Part shown: positions 9,395 through 20,967 of the stretch, in pieces
How the letters are laid out: each line of letters opens with the position of its first letter
How positions within the stretch are numbered: position 1 is the first letter of the stretch
Assembly (NCBI RefSeq): GCF_001194135.2
Contig: NC_068988.1
Coordinates: 74,775,170-74,811,563, forward strand
DNA length: 36,394 nucleotides
Direction: 5' to 3'
From: Octopus bimaculoides
Taxonomy: Eukaryota
Notes under the pieces: model-generated
Seen by the model: the letters and a program-made list of their open reading frames with translations, nothing else
Database searches by the model: none
Told to the model about the DNA's origin: nothing
Translations under genes and position numbers: made by a program

Positions 9395-12300
9395 CCACTC
9401 TCCCTCAAGGGAAAGCTGCAGACCCATTGGGGATAGCTGCAGAGATGCTTAAAATATCTGGGGAAGTAAGATACAAGATTATCACTTGGATAGTTAAGCA
9501 AGTCATCCAGGAAGGTGTTATACCCAATGACTGGTATAGCAATATCATTGTGAACAACGTAAGTGGTGCCTTTGAGAGAAGCAATCATAGAAGAATCAAC
9601 CTTCTAGATCAAGCTATGAAGGTCATGGAAAATGTTAAAGCCCAGTTAATCCATGACAGAATGAACCTGGATGAGATACAGTTTGGCTTTGTCCCTGGAA
9701 GAGGCACCATAGATGTAATCTTCCTTGTAAAGCAACTTTGGGAAAAATACCTAGCTAAAAATAAAACTATTTCTGGCCTTCATTGATTTGGAGAAAGCAT
9801 TTGACAGAATACCATGTGCAGTAATTTAGTGGGTTCTGAGGAAACTAGGTGTAGATAAATGGCTTGGGTGAATGTTTTAAGCTTTGTACAAGAATGCTTT
9901 AAGGGAGGGTTGGCAATAACATCAGTGGGAAATTTAGTGTGAAGGTAGGAATCCATCAAAGTTCAGTCTTCTCCTATTCATCATTACCCTCCAAACCATC
10001 ACTGAAGAGTTTAAGACTGGATGTCTAAAGGAACTCCTATGATCTAGTCCTCATTGCTGAATCTATAGGAGAATTAGAAGAAATTCCAGGTATGTAAGCT
10101 AAACCTAGAATTGAGGCTCCTTAAGGTCAAATTGGCAAAGACTAAGGTTTTAGTAAGTAGGAAAGATAACAGGACCCCAGTACCTTTAAGGAAATAACCT
10201 TGTTCAATATGTAGAAAAGAGGTAGGTTTAAACTCCATGCGCTGTACTCAATGTAAGCTATGGAGATACAAGAGATATAATGTAATCACTGGCACACTAT
10301 CTAAAGATGTAAGCTTCATATTTAGCAGATGTATTGGAGCAGTACATACAAGCACATCTGAAACTGAGTCTCTTAAATGCCTAGATAGCTCATTAGAAGT
10401 AATTGATAGCTTTTGCTACCTAGGAAATGTAATTGCTCTGAAAGCATAGTTGCTAGAGTAAGAACTGAATGGAGAAAGTTCAGTGAGCTATTATCACCGC
10501 TGACAACAAAGGTTTGTTCCCTAAGAGTGAAGAGCAGATTATATGATACTAGTGTTAGAACTACAATGCTGCATTGTAGTGAGACATGGGCCTTGAACAC
10601 AGAGGGCTTGAGAATACAGAAAAGAAATGAAGTGAGCATGCTCCATTGGATGTGCAATGTAAATGCACATGAAAGAATTAGTATGAGGTGGTATGAAAAA
10701 GTTCCCAGACCAGTTATGTTTAATAAAAAAATGATTTATTTACCTACGTTTTAACATCATCTCTTTTGAAATAGTCACCTTGTGCAGCAATATACTAGTC
10801 CTAGTATTCCTGTCACTTTTGGAAGTTGTTTTCTATAAGCAAGTTGAAGACCTTCTGCAATTTGTTCTGGATCTTGACAACAGTGTTAAAACAGTGACCT
10901 TTGAGCTGTATTTTCATCTTGGAGAAGAGATGGAAGTTTGCAGGTGCTAAATCAGGCAAATAGGGCGGGTGAGAAAATGATACCGTGTTGTTTTTGGTGA
11001 GAAATTCATGAGTGAGGAGACCTTGGTGACAGGGTATGTTGTTGTCATGAAGAATCCAATTCTTTGCACTCCACAAATCTGGTCATTTCATCGAATGTCC
11101 TCCCTCAAATGCTTCAAAACACCGTAGTAGAATTCTCAATTGATGGTCTGGCCCTGGAGGATGTATTCTCAATGCACTATACCACAGATGCTGAAAAAAG
11201 CGGTAAGCATGCTCTTGATTGAGCTGTGGATCTTTTGTGCCTTCTTCAGTCATGGAAATAAAGGGCTCTTCCATTGTGACTGCTGCTTTGTCTCAGGGTC
11301 ACACTTGTAGTCCCAACTTTTGTCACCAGTAATGATCCTTGACATGAAGGATGGGTCATCTGTGGTATGCTGACGGAGATCCCGACAGACTTTGAAGTAA
11401 TGTTTTTCTACTCAGTGGTCAGCAAGTGGGAGACAAACTTGACAGGGACACATCACATGTTTGATTCAGACATTAAGATTGCCTGCACAGACCCATATGA
11501 CAGACCAACATCAGCGATGTTGCTGATTGTCCTCCAACAATCATCATGCACAAGATGATGAATTTTCACCACATTTCTGGGGGTGACACACATGGCAGGT
11601 CTTCCAAATCGCTCATCAGTTTCCAGGGTCATTCTTCTGCTAGGCACGCCACTTGAAACACAGCATATGACCCAATTCCACACCACCATAAGCTTGCCAA
11701 AGCATGCTCAATGTTTCTGTAGCAGACTTCCCAAGTTTAATGCAAAATTTCACATTGGTTCTTTGTTTCAACTTTCTGTCCATGACAAAAATCACAGACT
11801 ACAGCTTACACGTGATCACAAAAACACAAATTTCACAGCTTGTGAAGTAAACACAGTGATGTCACTCAGCACACTGCCTCATGAAGGTCACTGCTAGCTT
11901 TCACTTCGCACACAACCATGTGCTGCTGTCTGTGGGCACACTACAGAACTAGTCTGGGAACTTTTTGATACTACCTCATACAAAAGTGCTGAGTGAAAAA
12001 CAGGGTACAAGAGGAATCAGACATTGTGTCCAAGAGAGATCAGGATGGTTTGTTCAAATGATGTATATGAATGAGAACAGCTATATAAAAAGGTGCTGAT
12101 TGCTTAATGTGGTTAGAACCACATTAAGACTCAGAAACACATAGGACAAAGTGGTGAAAGTTGGTCTCAGACTTTGAGACTGACAGATGAAATGACAAAT
12201 GACTAGAATCTCTAGTAATGAAGTTCTCAAAAAGACTCATCCTACTCGGCAAAACTGAGTCCTGGGGGCACTATATTTTGGGTTCTCCACTTATCACAGT

Positions 12301-12925
12301 GACTCCTTCCCCCAATACACTATGCCTACTACTTGTTCTCTCCCCCTCCCCAGTAACTGTATCATCTTTACTACTCCTGCCAATTGTGCCCCTCACCACT
12401 CTTCTTGATCCTGCTATCATTCTCCTTTCAACCTTCCCCGTTTTGGCAGTCTGCCCCCACCACATTCATTCACTTTCCCATACAATCTTAGAACCCACCC
12501 ACTCTCTTCTACACAACTTTGTGCCTTGTAGTGCTACAAAAGCACCTTATCGCCATTATCTATGTCTTGCAGCTCCTACTGCTAATTCTTTTTTTCTTCT
12601 CTAACCCCATCACTTGTTTTTAGTAGCCATACAGATCCCTCTTCAAGAACCTGCTCTGCCCCACCTCTCGCATAGTAATCCCCTAGCATGAAACTGACCC
12701 ACTATGTACCTCAGGCTTGTACTCCTGCAAACTTTCTAGTGATCTCAACAGTGTGGGTGGCAAAAAAAAAGCACCCAGCCCACACTGTAAAGTGGTTGGA
12801 ATTAGGAAGGTCATACAACTGTGAAAACCATGCCAGAGCTTAATTGGGCTCATTGGTTCCTGTTAAACCATCCAACACTTTGCAAGGATTGTGAATGTTA
12901 AATGATGATGATGGTGATGACGATG
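9395..12925 (+). mobile_element. RTE-clade LINE, 5'-truncated RT through 3' UTR and (GAT)n tail, interrupted by a mariner
   Basis: GKAADPLGIAAEMLK, IPNDW, QFGFVPGRGTIDVIF, then DLEKAFDR, DSFCYLG, TMLHCSETWAL, HWMCNV. The frame resumes after 11980 (STKVLSEKQGTRGIRHCVQER). Tail GTTAAATGATGATGAT at 12897-12925. Confidence 0.88.
10684..11978 (-). mobile_element. Full-length decayed mariner (1295 bp), copy 1
   Basis: 30-bp TIRs 27/30 identical (TGAGGTGGTATGAAAAAGTTCCCAGACCAG). TA at 10682-83 and 11979-80. Transposase remnants WILHDNN..H and HPPYLPDLAPANFHLF. Confidence 0.95.
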
Positions 12926-12929
12926 ATGA

Positions 12930-14200
12930 CAATTTAGGTATTCTATCAAATCACTGTTGTTTTTGTTTACAACAGTGAAATTGATGGATACTTTTTGTGT
13001 ACAGTTTAAATTTCTTTGTTATTTTTGCAGCTTCAGTTTTGGTTGTTGTAGTGTTTGTTTTCTTGTTGATAATGTAGATGTTGTTGTTGGTTATGTTACT
13101 ATTGTTGTAGTTGTGGTTTTTGTGTTTGTTGCTGCTTTTGTTGTGTCCTTGGGGCTCTGTAATCTCCTCCTCTTTCACTTTCCCTCTTTGGGGACCACTT
13201 GCCATGTTTCAGCTCATTCTTCCTTCTCCAAGTCCTTTCCCAAGGAATTAGTGTGAGGTGATGAAGTCTAGTCAAAAATCATGATATCTGAGTCATGGTT
13301 GCAGATATGGGGAGCAGGGAGTTTGGGAGAGGAGCTTGCTCACTTGTAGAAGTAAGGAGCAAACATTTCTGTTGTTTAGGCTTTGGTGTAGGTGTCCTCA
13401 GTTGATTATGGTGGTATTGTAGATGTGGTTGTGGTTTGACAGCAGGTTTGGTTTAGATTTCTTTGAGAGCAGAAAACCTTTTGAAGGGTGGTACTCCCAT
13501 AGACATAACAGTTTGCCTTTCTCTCCTCTACCACTGCTCTTATGATCTCCACACCCTTCGTGTCAGGGATCATGTGGAAGTTTACTGCTCTGACCAGCAT
13601 TTCCACTTCTGCCTTGATTTTACAGTGAGTATATCATCACCATGTTCATCCAGTATCATCCCAAAACTTTGCTTTTTCTTTGCTATGGTATATTGCTATG
13701 AGAGATCCAAAATCCTTACCTCTCCTTAAATACCAAACCAAACCCCAGACATCTTTCAGGCATTTCTCTGTCTGTGCTGAAGTTTAATTTTCAATTCTCA
13801 TAGTCTTCATGTTAAAACAATGATAGATCACAGTTTTTTTTTCCTTTTTGTCATCTAATTTTTGTTGTCAGATGGTAGAAAAATAAGATTAAGCATCAAG
13901 TAGCATTTTCTGAAATTTTTCTCCAAATCAGTTGAATGTGTATTTCACCCATCTCTGTTGAGTAATTTTGGCAAAATTAATTTTGGTTTTGTTGCTATTG
14001 TTGGTAGTGGTTGTTATGGCTGTATTGTTTGCTTTAATCAATTTTTTATTTTCTCTTAGTCTTGAAATTTGTTGTTGTTGCTGTTGGCTTTGATGTTTTC
14101 TTTGTTAAAATTTTTCCTTTTCAGTTTGTCTTTAAATTTTGATGTTGATGGAGTGGTTTCAATGTTTCGTTTTCTAAATTGTTGTTGCTGAAAAATATGC
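12930..14200. other. Unclassified T/G-skewed degenerate repeat-like block
   Basis: Two (GTT)-rich segments (13010-13140 and 13975-14200) flank a more complex segment. No domain recognised with confidence. Confidence 0.3.
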
Positions 14201-14349
14201 TGTTGTCTGTTTTCAAAGCAGTGACACACTGCATCCTCCTCACACCCTCTTTCATTGTGTTCTGGTAATGCTCCTCACTCTCTCTTCCTCTCTTATAAAC
14301 AAGAAAGATTTATACCACTCAACATTTATGAGATGTTAGTGACTTTAGC

Positions 14350-15230
14350 ATCAGCACTAGATAGATTCAGTGACACAGGGCAATATGTGGAAAGACAGTA
14401 TGAAAGCTCAAAAAGGAGTTGATTATTCAAGAAATAAACTCCATGATTCCATGAAATGTCTGAGGTGGTTGATAGCTTTTGTTAGTTAGGTGAAGTGAGT
14501 GTTTAGAAAACAGAGCAACCAGAGTAAGAGTAGGATGGAGTTCAAGGAGCCATTACCTCTGTAAGTAATAGTTTCTCTCTCAGAATGAAGAACAAATTCC
14601 ATAATACTTGTATATGAAGTGTAATGCTGCATGCTAATGAGATGTGGGCCCTGAATGCAGAAGATTTAGAATAACTAGAAAGATATTAGGTGAGCATGCT
14701 CTACTGTCATGTTAGTGTGTATGAATGATGGAATATAAACGAATCAAGAGAAAAACTGGGGATAAGAGGAATGAGGTTGTGGTGTGTCCAAGAGAGAAGA
14801 TTGCACTAGTAGAAGAATGTGTATGGAGGATGACAGCTGTAGTGAGTAATTAAAGTATATGGAACCTGTGAAAGAAAGAGACCAAGCAAGACATGGGAGG
14901 AAGCAGTGAAGACTGATTTCAAAGGTGCTGTAACTCACAAAGGAGATAATTCTCAAATCATGTCTTAAATTGTCTCTAGTACTTGTACTATAATATAACA
15001 CACTCAAGTACTCTATGTAAAGTAGTTGGTGTTAGGAAGGGCATCAAGCAGTAGAAACCAAGTTAAAAATGTAGTGCATAACTGAGATATGGTACTCTGG
15101 CCTGTCTAGGAGAGGAATGGCTTCAAATAAGAACAGACTCTGACTATGACAATCCATTCAACCAATTCCAGCATGCAAAGCAGATATAAACATGATATTC
15201 ATGATATGATAATGATGGTGATTATGATGT
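14350..15230 (+). mobile_element. RTE LINE 3' fragment with tail region
   Basis: Broken translation parallels 10400-10680 and 11981-12200 (GTAATGCTGCATG..TGAGA..TGGGCCCTGAA, GGTGTGTCCAAGAGAGAAGA, AGACCAAGCAAGACATGGGAGGAAG). Tail motif GTTGGTGTTAGGAAGGGCATC at 15025. Confidence 0.75.
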
Positions 15231-15439
15231 AACCCACTAAAATATAGATATAAAAGAGTAGAAAATTCTCAGGTATCTAGTCTTCCAAAAACTAGCAGTT
15301 AATAAATGACTGGCATGATAACTAGTAATATATGATACATATATAATTGTAAATATGTGCCAAATAAATACTTGAAATGATAGCTAGTAATTCATGGTAC
15401 TAAATAAATTATTGGAAGGTACAGATTCCATTTACTCAC

Positions 15440-15532
15440 CCCACAGGATACAATCACTGGATCTTTGAAAACTCGATCACATAAGCGACAAAATAATTTT
15501 TTATTGGCTTCTTCTTGGAAAACAATTATATC
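15440..15532 (-). CDS. TRAF7: Internal exon of TRAF7-like RING E3 ubiquitin ligase (first half of RING finger)
   Basis: 93 nt, phase 0-0. Acceptor ...ccatttcattttcag|GAT, donor GGG|GTGAGT. Translation DIIVFQEEANKKLFCRLCDRVFKDPVIVSCG aligns without gaps to recalled human TRAF7 [31 protein letters not shown]. Confidence 0.88.
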
Positions 15533-16084
15533 CTGAAAATGAAATGGAGAAAATTTAACAACACAAATTAGAAAGAAGTCCAAAGATTAGATTGATAAGG
15601 AATCTGAGTTAGAGAACTGTAAAATTCTAAAAATCACTGGAAGACTTTCCAATGATCTTTTCTAACAACTTGATACATATTAACATGGTTGAAGCCATTG
15701 TATTCATGAAACTAAGAATTGTCTTTGTTAGGATGTAATTCAAAAGTGACCAGTTGTTGACCTTTCATAAAAATGAAGACCCATCAAACAGTACTATTCA
15801 AACATTTGGGACATAGTTGTTGTTACACACACAAATACCTTTGACTGCATCAAGTTGGCTGATTAGCAATGTCTCATTCACCAATATACTGCAGCCTTGG
15901 AGATCAGACAGGTTTTTCTGATCCTCTTCTCCTCTTCCTCCCTCTACTACTACCACTACTACACACTTCATCTTCCTTCTTCTTATTCCTATTCTCCATA
16001 CTTTGTTCAATCATTCTTTCTCAGGACTGTGTGGTGAATGTTGCCAGAGATATCTTCAGGCCCATTAGGTATTCTTGCAGTAGA

Positions 16085-16560
16085 TAACTTCTGTCCCATT
16101 TGGTACATCCATCCATCTTCTCTGCCTACCATTCTTGGGAGGATTTTGGGGGTAGAGTCCTCAGGCACTTCCTCCATATGATCCTATCAGAAGCAACAGT
16201 CATTACACTTTTTGACTGGATTCCCAAGCATAACCGATTCAGAAAATGGATATTATCCAACTATCTTGTTCTTGGTCTACTCCCAGGTTTTCTGCTAGTT
16301 AGCTTTGCTTGAAGAATCTGTCTTGTGAGTATTTCCTGTGACATTCTAAGCACATGTCCATAGTACTGGAGCTGAGGACCTCTCAATGCAGCTGAACCTG
16401 GAAACTTCCTGATCTCTGAACTATACACTCTACCAAGGAATATTACTCCAGAGAGCCTTCAGAAGAATCCCATTTTGACCACTTATATTTGTTTGTATTG
16501 GTTATTAGCTTCTTCATGTATTAGTAGACCAGAGTTATAATTACCTAATATTTTCCTTCT
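16085..16560 (-). mobile_element. LINE 3' fragment (RTE/RTEX-like) with GATG tail
   Basis: Minus translation LQYYGHVLRMSQE..QILQAK..RKPGSRPRTR*LD....VASDRIIWRKCL, ending AAGATGGATGGATG. Confidence 0.6.
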
Positions 16561-16592
16561 CTCCTACAAAAGAAATCAAAGAAACAACACAG

Positions 16593-16940
16593 CTGTGTGT
16601 AAGAAGTTTATTTCCCAACCACATGGTCTCAAGTTCAGTCCCACTGTGAGCACCTTTGAGCTAATATCTTCTACTATAGTCATGACCAACCAAAGCTTTC
16701 TAAGTGTATTTGGTAGATAGAAATTAAAAGAAGCCCACCATATGCGTGTGCGTGTGCAAGTGGTATCCTTTGTGTTCAATCTTGTGTGAAAACATGTCTG
16801 GTCACAAGGAATATTACCTCACTTGGAAACAGGTGGGGTGACAGGAAGGCCATTTGGCTGTAGAAAATTCTGCTTCAACAAATTCCATTTGGCCTCTGCC
16901 AGCATGGAAAAGTAAGCATTAAATGGTGATGATGATGGTG
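16593..16940 (+). mobile_element. tRNA-headed SINE with (TG)n linker and RTE-like (GAT)n tail
   Basis: Head GTAAGAAGTTTATTTCCCAACCACATGGTCTCAAGTTCAGTCCCACTG (degenerate B box). Tail GCCAGCATGGAAAAGT..ATTAAATGGTGATGATGATG. Confidence 0.7.
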
Positions 16941-17975
16941 TGTGTGTGTAGATGAACCTATATGGGTTGCCTATTTTAGATTTAGTTTTATCATTTAAAA
17001 TTGTTTAAATAAGCTAACTTTTTTAAAATAACCATGTCCCTACATTTTGGCAAACATCTTAGTATCACTAATTTCTTTTCACTGAGGGTTTTATGTTAAA
17101 CATCTTAAACACATTGATTCTTTTAGACATTTCTGTACATTCAAGAAGCTTTAAGATGTGTACTAAAATTTAAGCCATCAAGGTACCAGTTTGGTGTTTG
17201 AAACATTAAAAGTTTGTAACCTGTTCCTTGTACTGTAGTGTTTATAGCAAAGATAAACATCACTTGATTAATCCAATTTGTTACACAATAAATAGTATGA
17301 TGAGAGCGCTTAATAACTGAAGTAGTTTAACATATTCTGTAAGTAAAGTCAACCGTTCATACTGTCATAGAATAAATAATTAATGGAAGTAGAAGTCACT
17401 GATGCAAACAGCAAGAACATGGTGAAAGTGACTAATGTTTTGTTAGTTGCCCATGCTGTATTCTACATTTCCTTATCTACAGTAACTGTTGTTGTATCCC
17501 CCAAAAGAGACACCCTACTAGTGTAATATATACTAGTGACAATGACAGAGATAAACAAAATGCCCAATAGTAAATTTATAAATGTTGAGATATGCCCACA
17601 TTTTTACATGTTCAACAAAACCCTAAATTTTAGACTGCGAATGGAGATTAAATAAAAAGGGGTACTGGAAAATTTAAAAAAATCACCTACCTTTATTTTT
17701 TTTATCAGAAAATTAACATTTTATTTGCTTTATAAATCAAGACTGTCATATGGCATGGCTTTGGTCAAAAACCTCCTTTTTTTAAATAACCTCTCAAAAT
17801 GCTTTGTAACACTTTAATATCCATATATTGAAATTTATATATTATACTGTAACACATTAATTTTTATATTGAAATGTAACACATTATTATTTATATCTAA
17901 CACTAATATTTCACACAGATGGCTTGAAATAGAAATATAAAATCTAACACATTAATATTTATATATTCAAATAGG

Positions 17976-18193
17976 ACAGAAATTATGATAAATATAAATT
18001 TACATCATTTGTTCTTATGTATGTTTCACCATTGTGGTTGTTTGGAACTCTGCATTGGCTGTTCCAAGCGCAACTGGATGCTTAACCACAATGGATTGAA
18101 CTTGAAACATCCAATGCAGAGTTCCAAGCAACCCCAATAGTGAAACGTATGCAAGAACAAATGATATAAACTGATGTTTATTGTAATTTCTCT
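17976..18193. repeat. Fold-back element: 93-bp inverted arms, 32-nt spacer
   Basis: 17976-18068 versus the reverse complement of 18101-18193: ungapped, 16 mismatches by hand count. Core TTGGAACTCTGCATTGG is perfect. Confidence 0.9.
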
Positions 18194-18609
18194 TACATTT
18201 ACTCTGTATAGCATAACTAATAATACTTCTGAAGTATAATAGTAGCTTAACTACTATATTTAACTGTAACATTCATATTAATATGTAACTTGAATTAAGT
18301 TCACTGTATTTAAGAATTTGTTTACATAACCCTTCACAGCTGTACTGACTTAAGCCACAAAATTGAAACCAACACAGTAATGAAATAATGCTTCAAGCAT
18401 TACCACTTGGTGCATAGCACCTATTTACAGCCAAGCAGACTGGACCAAGAGGTTGTCAAGTGTTTTAGCCAAGGACTTCATGTAGACTCAGTAACAGTTA
18501 TATTACCTTTCTGATTTCCTATTGGCTTACAATTCTATCCTCACCAAATTATATATCTCTATTTGAAGCCATGTAATATTTGATATGGCAACATATAACA
18601 GTGTTGGCA

Positions 18610-18990
18610 TAACACAAATTTAGTCTTTTTAATACTGACCCACCCAAGACCATCCTGTATCTATGATACAAACTTCATGTTTTAAAGTGATGTAAATTAA
18701 AACCTTCCACCAAAAGTTGATGTTGATTTATGTTCCAAACATAAGTATAAGGTATTTTACTAAATTCTTCAGTATTTTCAAAATTAATTGAAATAAAGGT
18801 AGTGTAGGTCAGTAGAAATATGGTAACAAAAGGGTCAAATTTCAGGTTAATTTATGCTCCAAACACCAGCTTAATAACAACAAAGTTATTTTATTAAATT
18901 CTTCATTTTACCAAAATTAATTGTAATGAAGGCAATGTTGTTAGTCAGAAAGGACTCAGATTTAAAACTAGATCATCTTTCAAACATTAA
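18610..18990 (-). mobile_element. AT-rich non-autonomous DNA element (TTAACCCTTT-like end, piggyBac-like MITE), 1-2 partial copies
   Basis: Reverse complement ends TTGACCCTTTTGTTACCATATTTC and shares TTTGAAAATA.TRAAGAATTTAGTAAAATA with 23500-23535. Superfamily is inferred. Confidence 0.5.
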
Positions 18991-19233
18991 TTAGATCAGA
19001 ATTTTAAGATTAAAAAAACTTTGGGATTTTTAGAAATTTCACGTATTTTTTCAATAAATTCAATATTTGATTAAATTGTAGCAAACTGGTAATTCTTCTG
19101 TAAGATAAAGAATAATGAAACAATGAACATACATCATCATCATCATCACACAGAAGAGATCTAGTAGATACATTAGAGCTTGTTCGCTTGTGGCCTGGGG
19201 GTAGTTGAAGGACAGAGGCACCCTAAAAGATAA

Positions 19234-19251
19234 ATAATAATAATAATGATG

Positions 19252-19337
<86 letters not shown>

Positions 19338-19343
19338 AATGAT
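19234..19343. repeat. (AAT)n(GAT)n microsatellite
   Basis: Directly visible. Source of the poly-His/Tyr and poly-Ile ORFs. Confidence 0.97.
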
Positions 19344-19910
19344 ACGAGAGAAAGATAGATGCAAATAGGCCAGACATTATACTGTCAAGACCTATGAAAA
19401 ACTGAGCAAATATAAAGACCTTGAAATAGAAACTGACAAAATGTGAAGCCTTAAGATTAAAACAATATCTGTTGTCATAGGTACCCTAGGAATGACAGCA
19501 AAAGGGGCTGATTGCTACCTGTCTCAGATACCAGAAAATCCAAAAATGAAAGAAATTTTAAAAAACTGTGCTCATAGGAATTGCTTATATCCTACAAAAA
19601 ATATTGTCTTTGTAATTCCAAAAACATTTTAATTTGTAAACATTGTCAAAAGTACTTTTAAATGTACATAATAGCAAACACCTATTACTGTCATCTTAAG
19701 ATCACAAAATCATCTTATCACCAATTTACTTTTAAAGCAAACTTCTAATTTTCTTATGTTTTGACAGACATTTTCTAGAACAATACTATGTGCAAAACCA
19801 AAAATATGGCACCCTAGTATTAACACCAACGCGAACTTCTAACTTGTCCCTTGAGGTCTCTGGGTGAGACTTGGAGTCAACTTGTACAAATACAAAGCAA
19901 AAGCCAAATA
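19344..19910 (+). mobile_element. R4/Dong LINE 3' fragment (RLE end plus 3' UTR)
   Basis: RKIDANRPDII, YEKLSKYKDLEIE..KM*SLK.KTISVVIGTLGM and TVLIGIAYILQKIL in shifted frames, followed by a UTR. Confidence 0.8.
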
Positions 19911-20790
19911 GATGATGATGACAATGGTGAAGATTTCTTTTATTTGCCACCAGGGTGAAGGATGAAGGAGACAATACAAAGACAGACATAAAGTGTGTGT
20001 GTGTGGGAGGATTACATATAATGAAATGACTTTTAAAAAAAGAAGGAAAGTACACATGGTATACAATAAAACAAAAAGGAAGTATGCATTGTATATAACA
20101 GTAAAAGAAGGAAAAATAAAGGATGATAGTGATGTGGTCCTCCTGATACAGGAGGAGCTCTAGGGATAGTCAAGGAACCCCACTGTTCAAGATCTCTCCA
20201 AACACCATGGGCAATTGGCCTCTCCAGTTCCTTCTTTCTGACTTACAGGTCTACACTTAGAGCAGTACCATCCACTCTTGCCATTTTCACAACTTTCACC
20301 CACCTTTCAATAAATTCACTCGAGGACAGCCTCTCCCTCTCCACTCTCACTTTCCTTTTCAAGAAAAACTTGAAAAAGTTGATGAAGGATATACTGAAGG
20401 TGAATGTCTCTGTCCTCATGCCTTTCAGCCTCATCCACCAGATAACCTCTTTCTCAGCCATCAGGCAAAGGAAAACTGTCTCAGCAGCCTGATTAAAGGA
20501 GGGTGGTGGGACAATCATCACTATGGACTTGGCTGATAGACAGATCTATCTCACATGTGACAGCAGCTCTTTGACATAATTCCACAAGTCATCAATGCCT
20601 GGACACTGAACAAGTGCATGCAGAACAGTTTTGTCATTCTGCACACATCTCAGACAAGCCTGTCTGACAGTACATCCATGCCTATAGAATTTATCTTGAA
20701 CTGGTAGCACTGCCAGACCAAGGAGATATGGAAATTATCCATGGTAGTCTGCAACTGGAAAGTCCTCCGAAACAGACTAGCCAGTTCGTT
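19911..20790 (-). mobile_element. Tx1/L1 LINE 3' fragment
   Basis: ORFs 20243-20521 and 20691-20873 (WIISISPWSGSAT) match the C-terminus of the copy at 5111-9135 (WIISRNPWSGSAT). 3' end AATAAAGAAATC...CATCATCATC. Confidence 0.82.
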
Positions 20791-20809
20791 TTTGTCAATG
20801 TCCAAATTA

Positions 20810-20955
20810 TATACAAAATATGAAAAAGATCCAGTTTTTCTGATCCAAAAAATAAGAGGAAATTAAAGTGCAATTTGGAATAAATAAGTGTGCAGTATTA
20901 ATTATGAAGAGAGGCTGGAAGATAAACTCTGATGGCATAAAATTACCACAAGACA
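20810..20955 (+). mobile_element. Small R4/Dong RT fragment
   Basis: QFGINKCAVLIMKRG..NSDGIKLP, similar to 4750-4810. Confidence 0.65.
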
Positions 20956-20967
20956 TATATACATATA

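Noticed and set aside
13463-13729. HFHFCLDFTVSISS resembling a Penelope RT motif
   Set aside because: The match is too short and flanking RT motifs were not found.
19060-19377. Poly-His/poly-Tyr and poly-Ile ORFs
   Set aside because: They are translations of (AAT)n(GAT)n.
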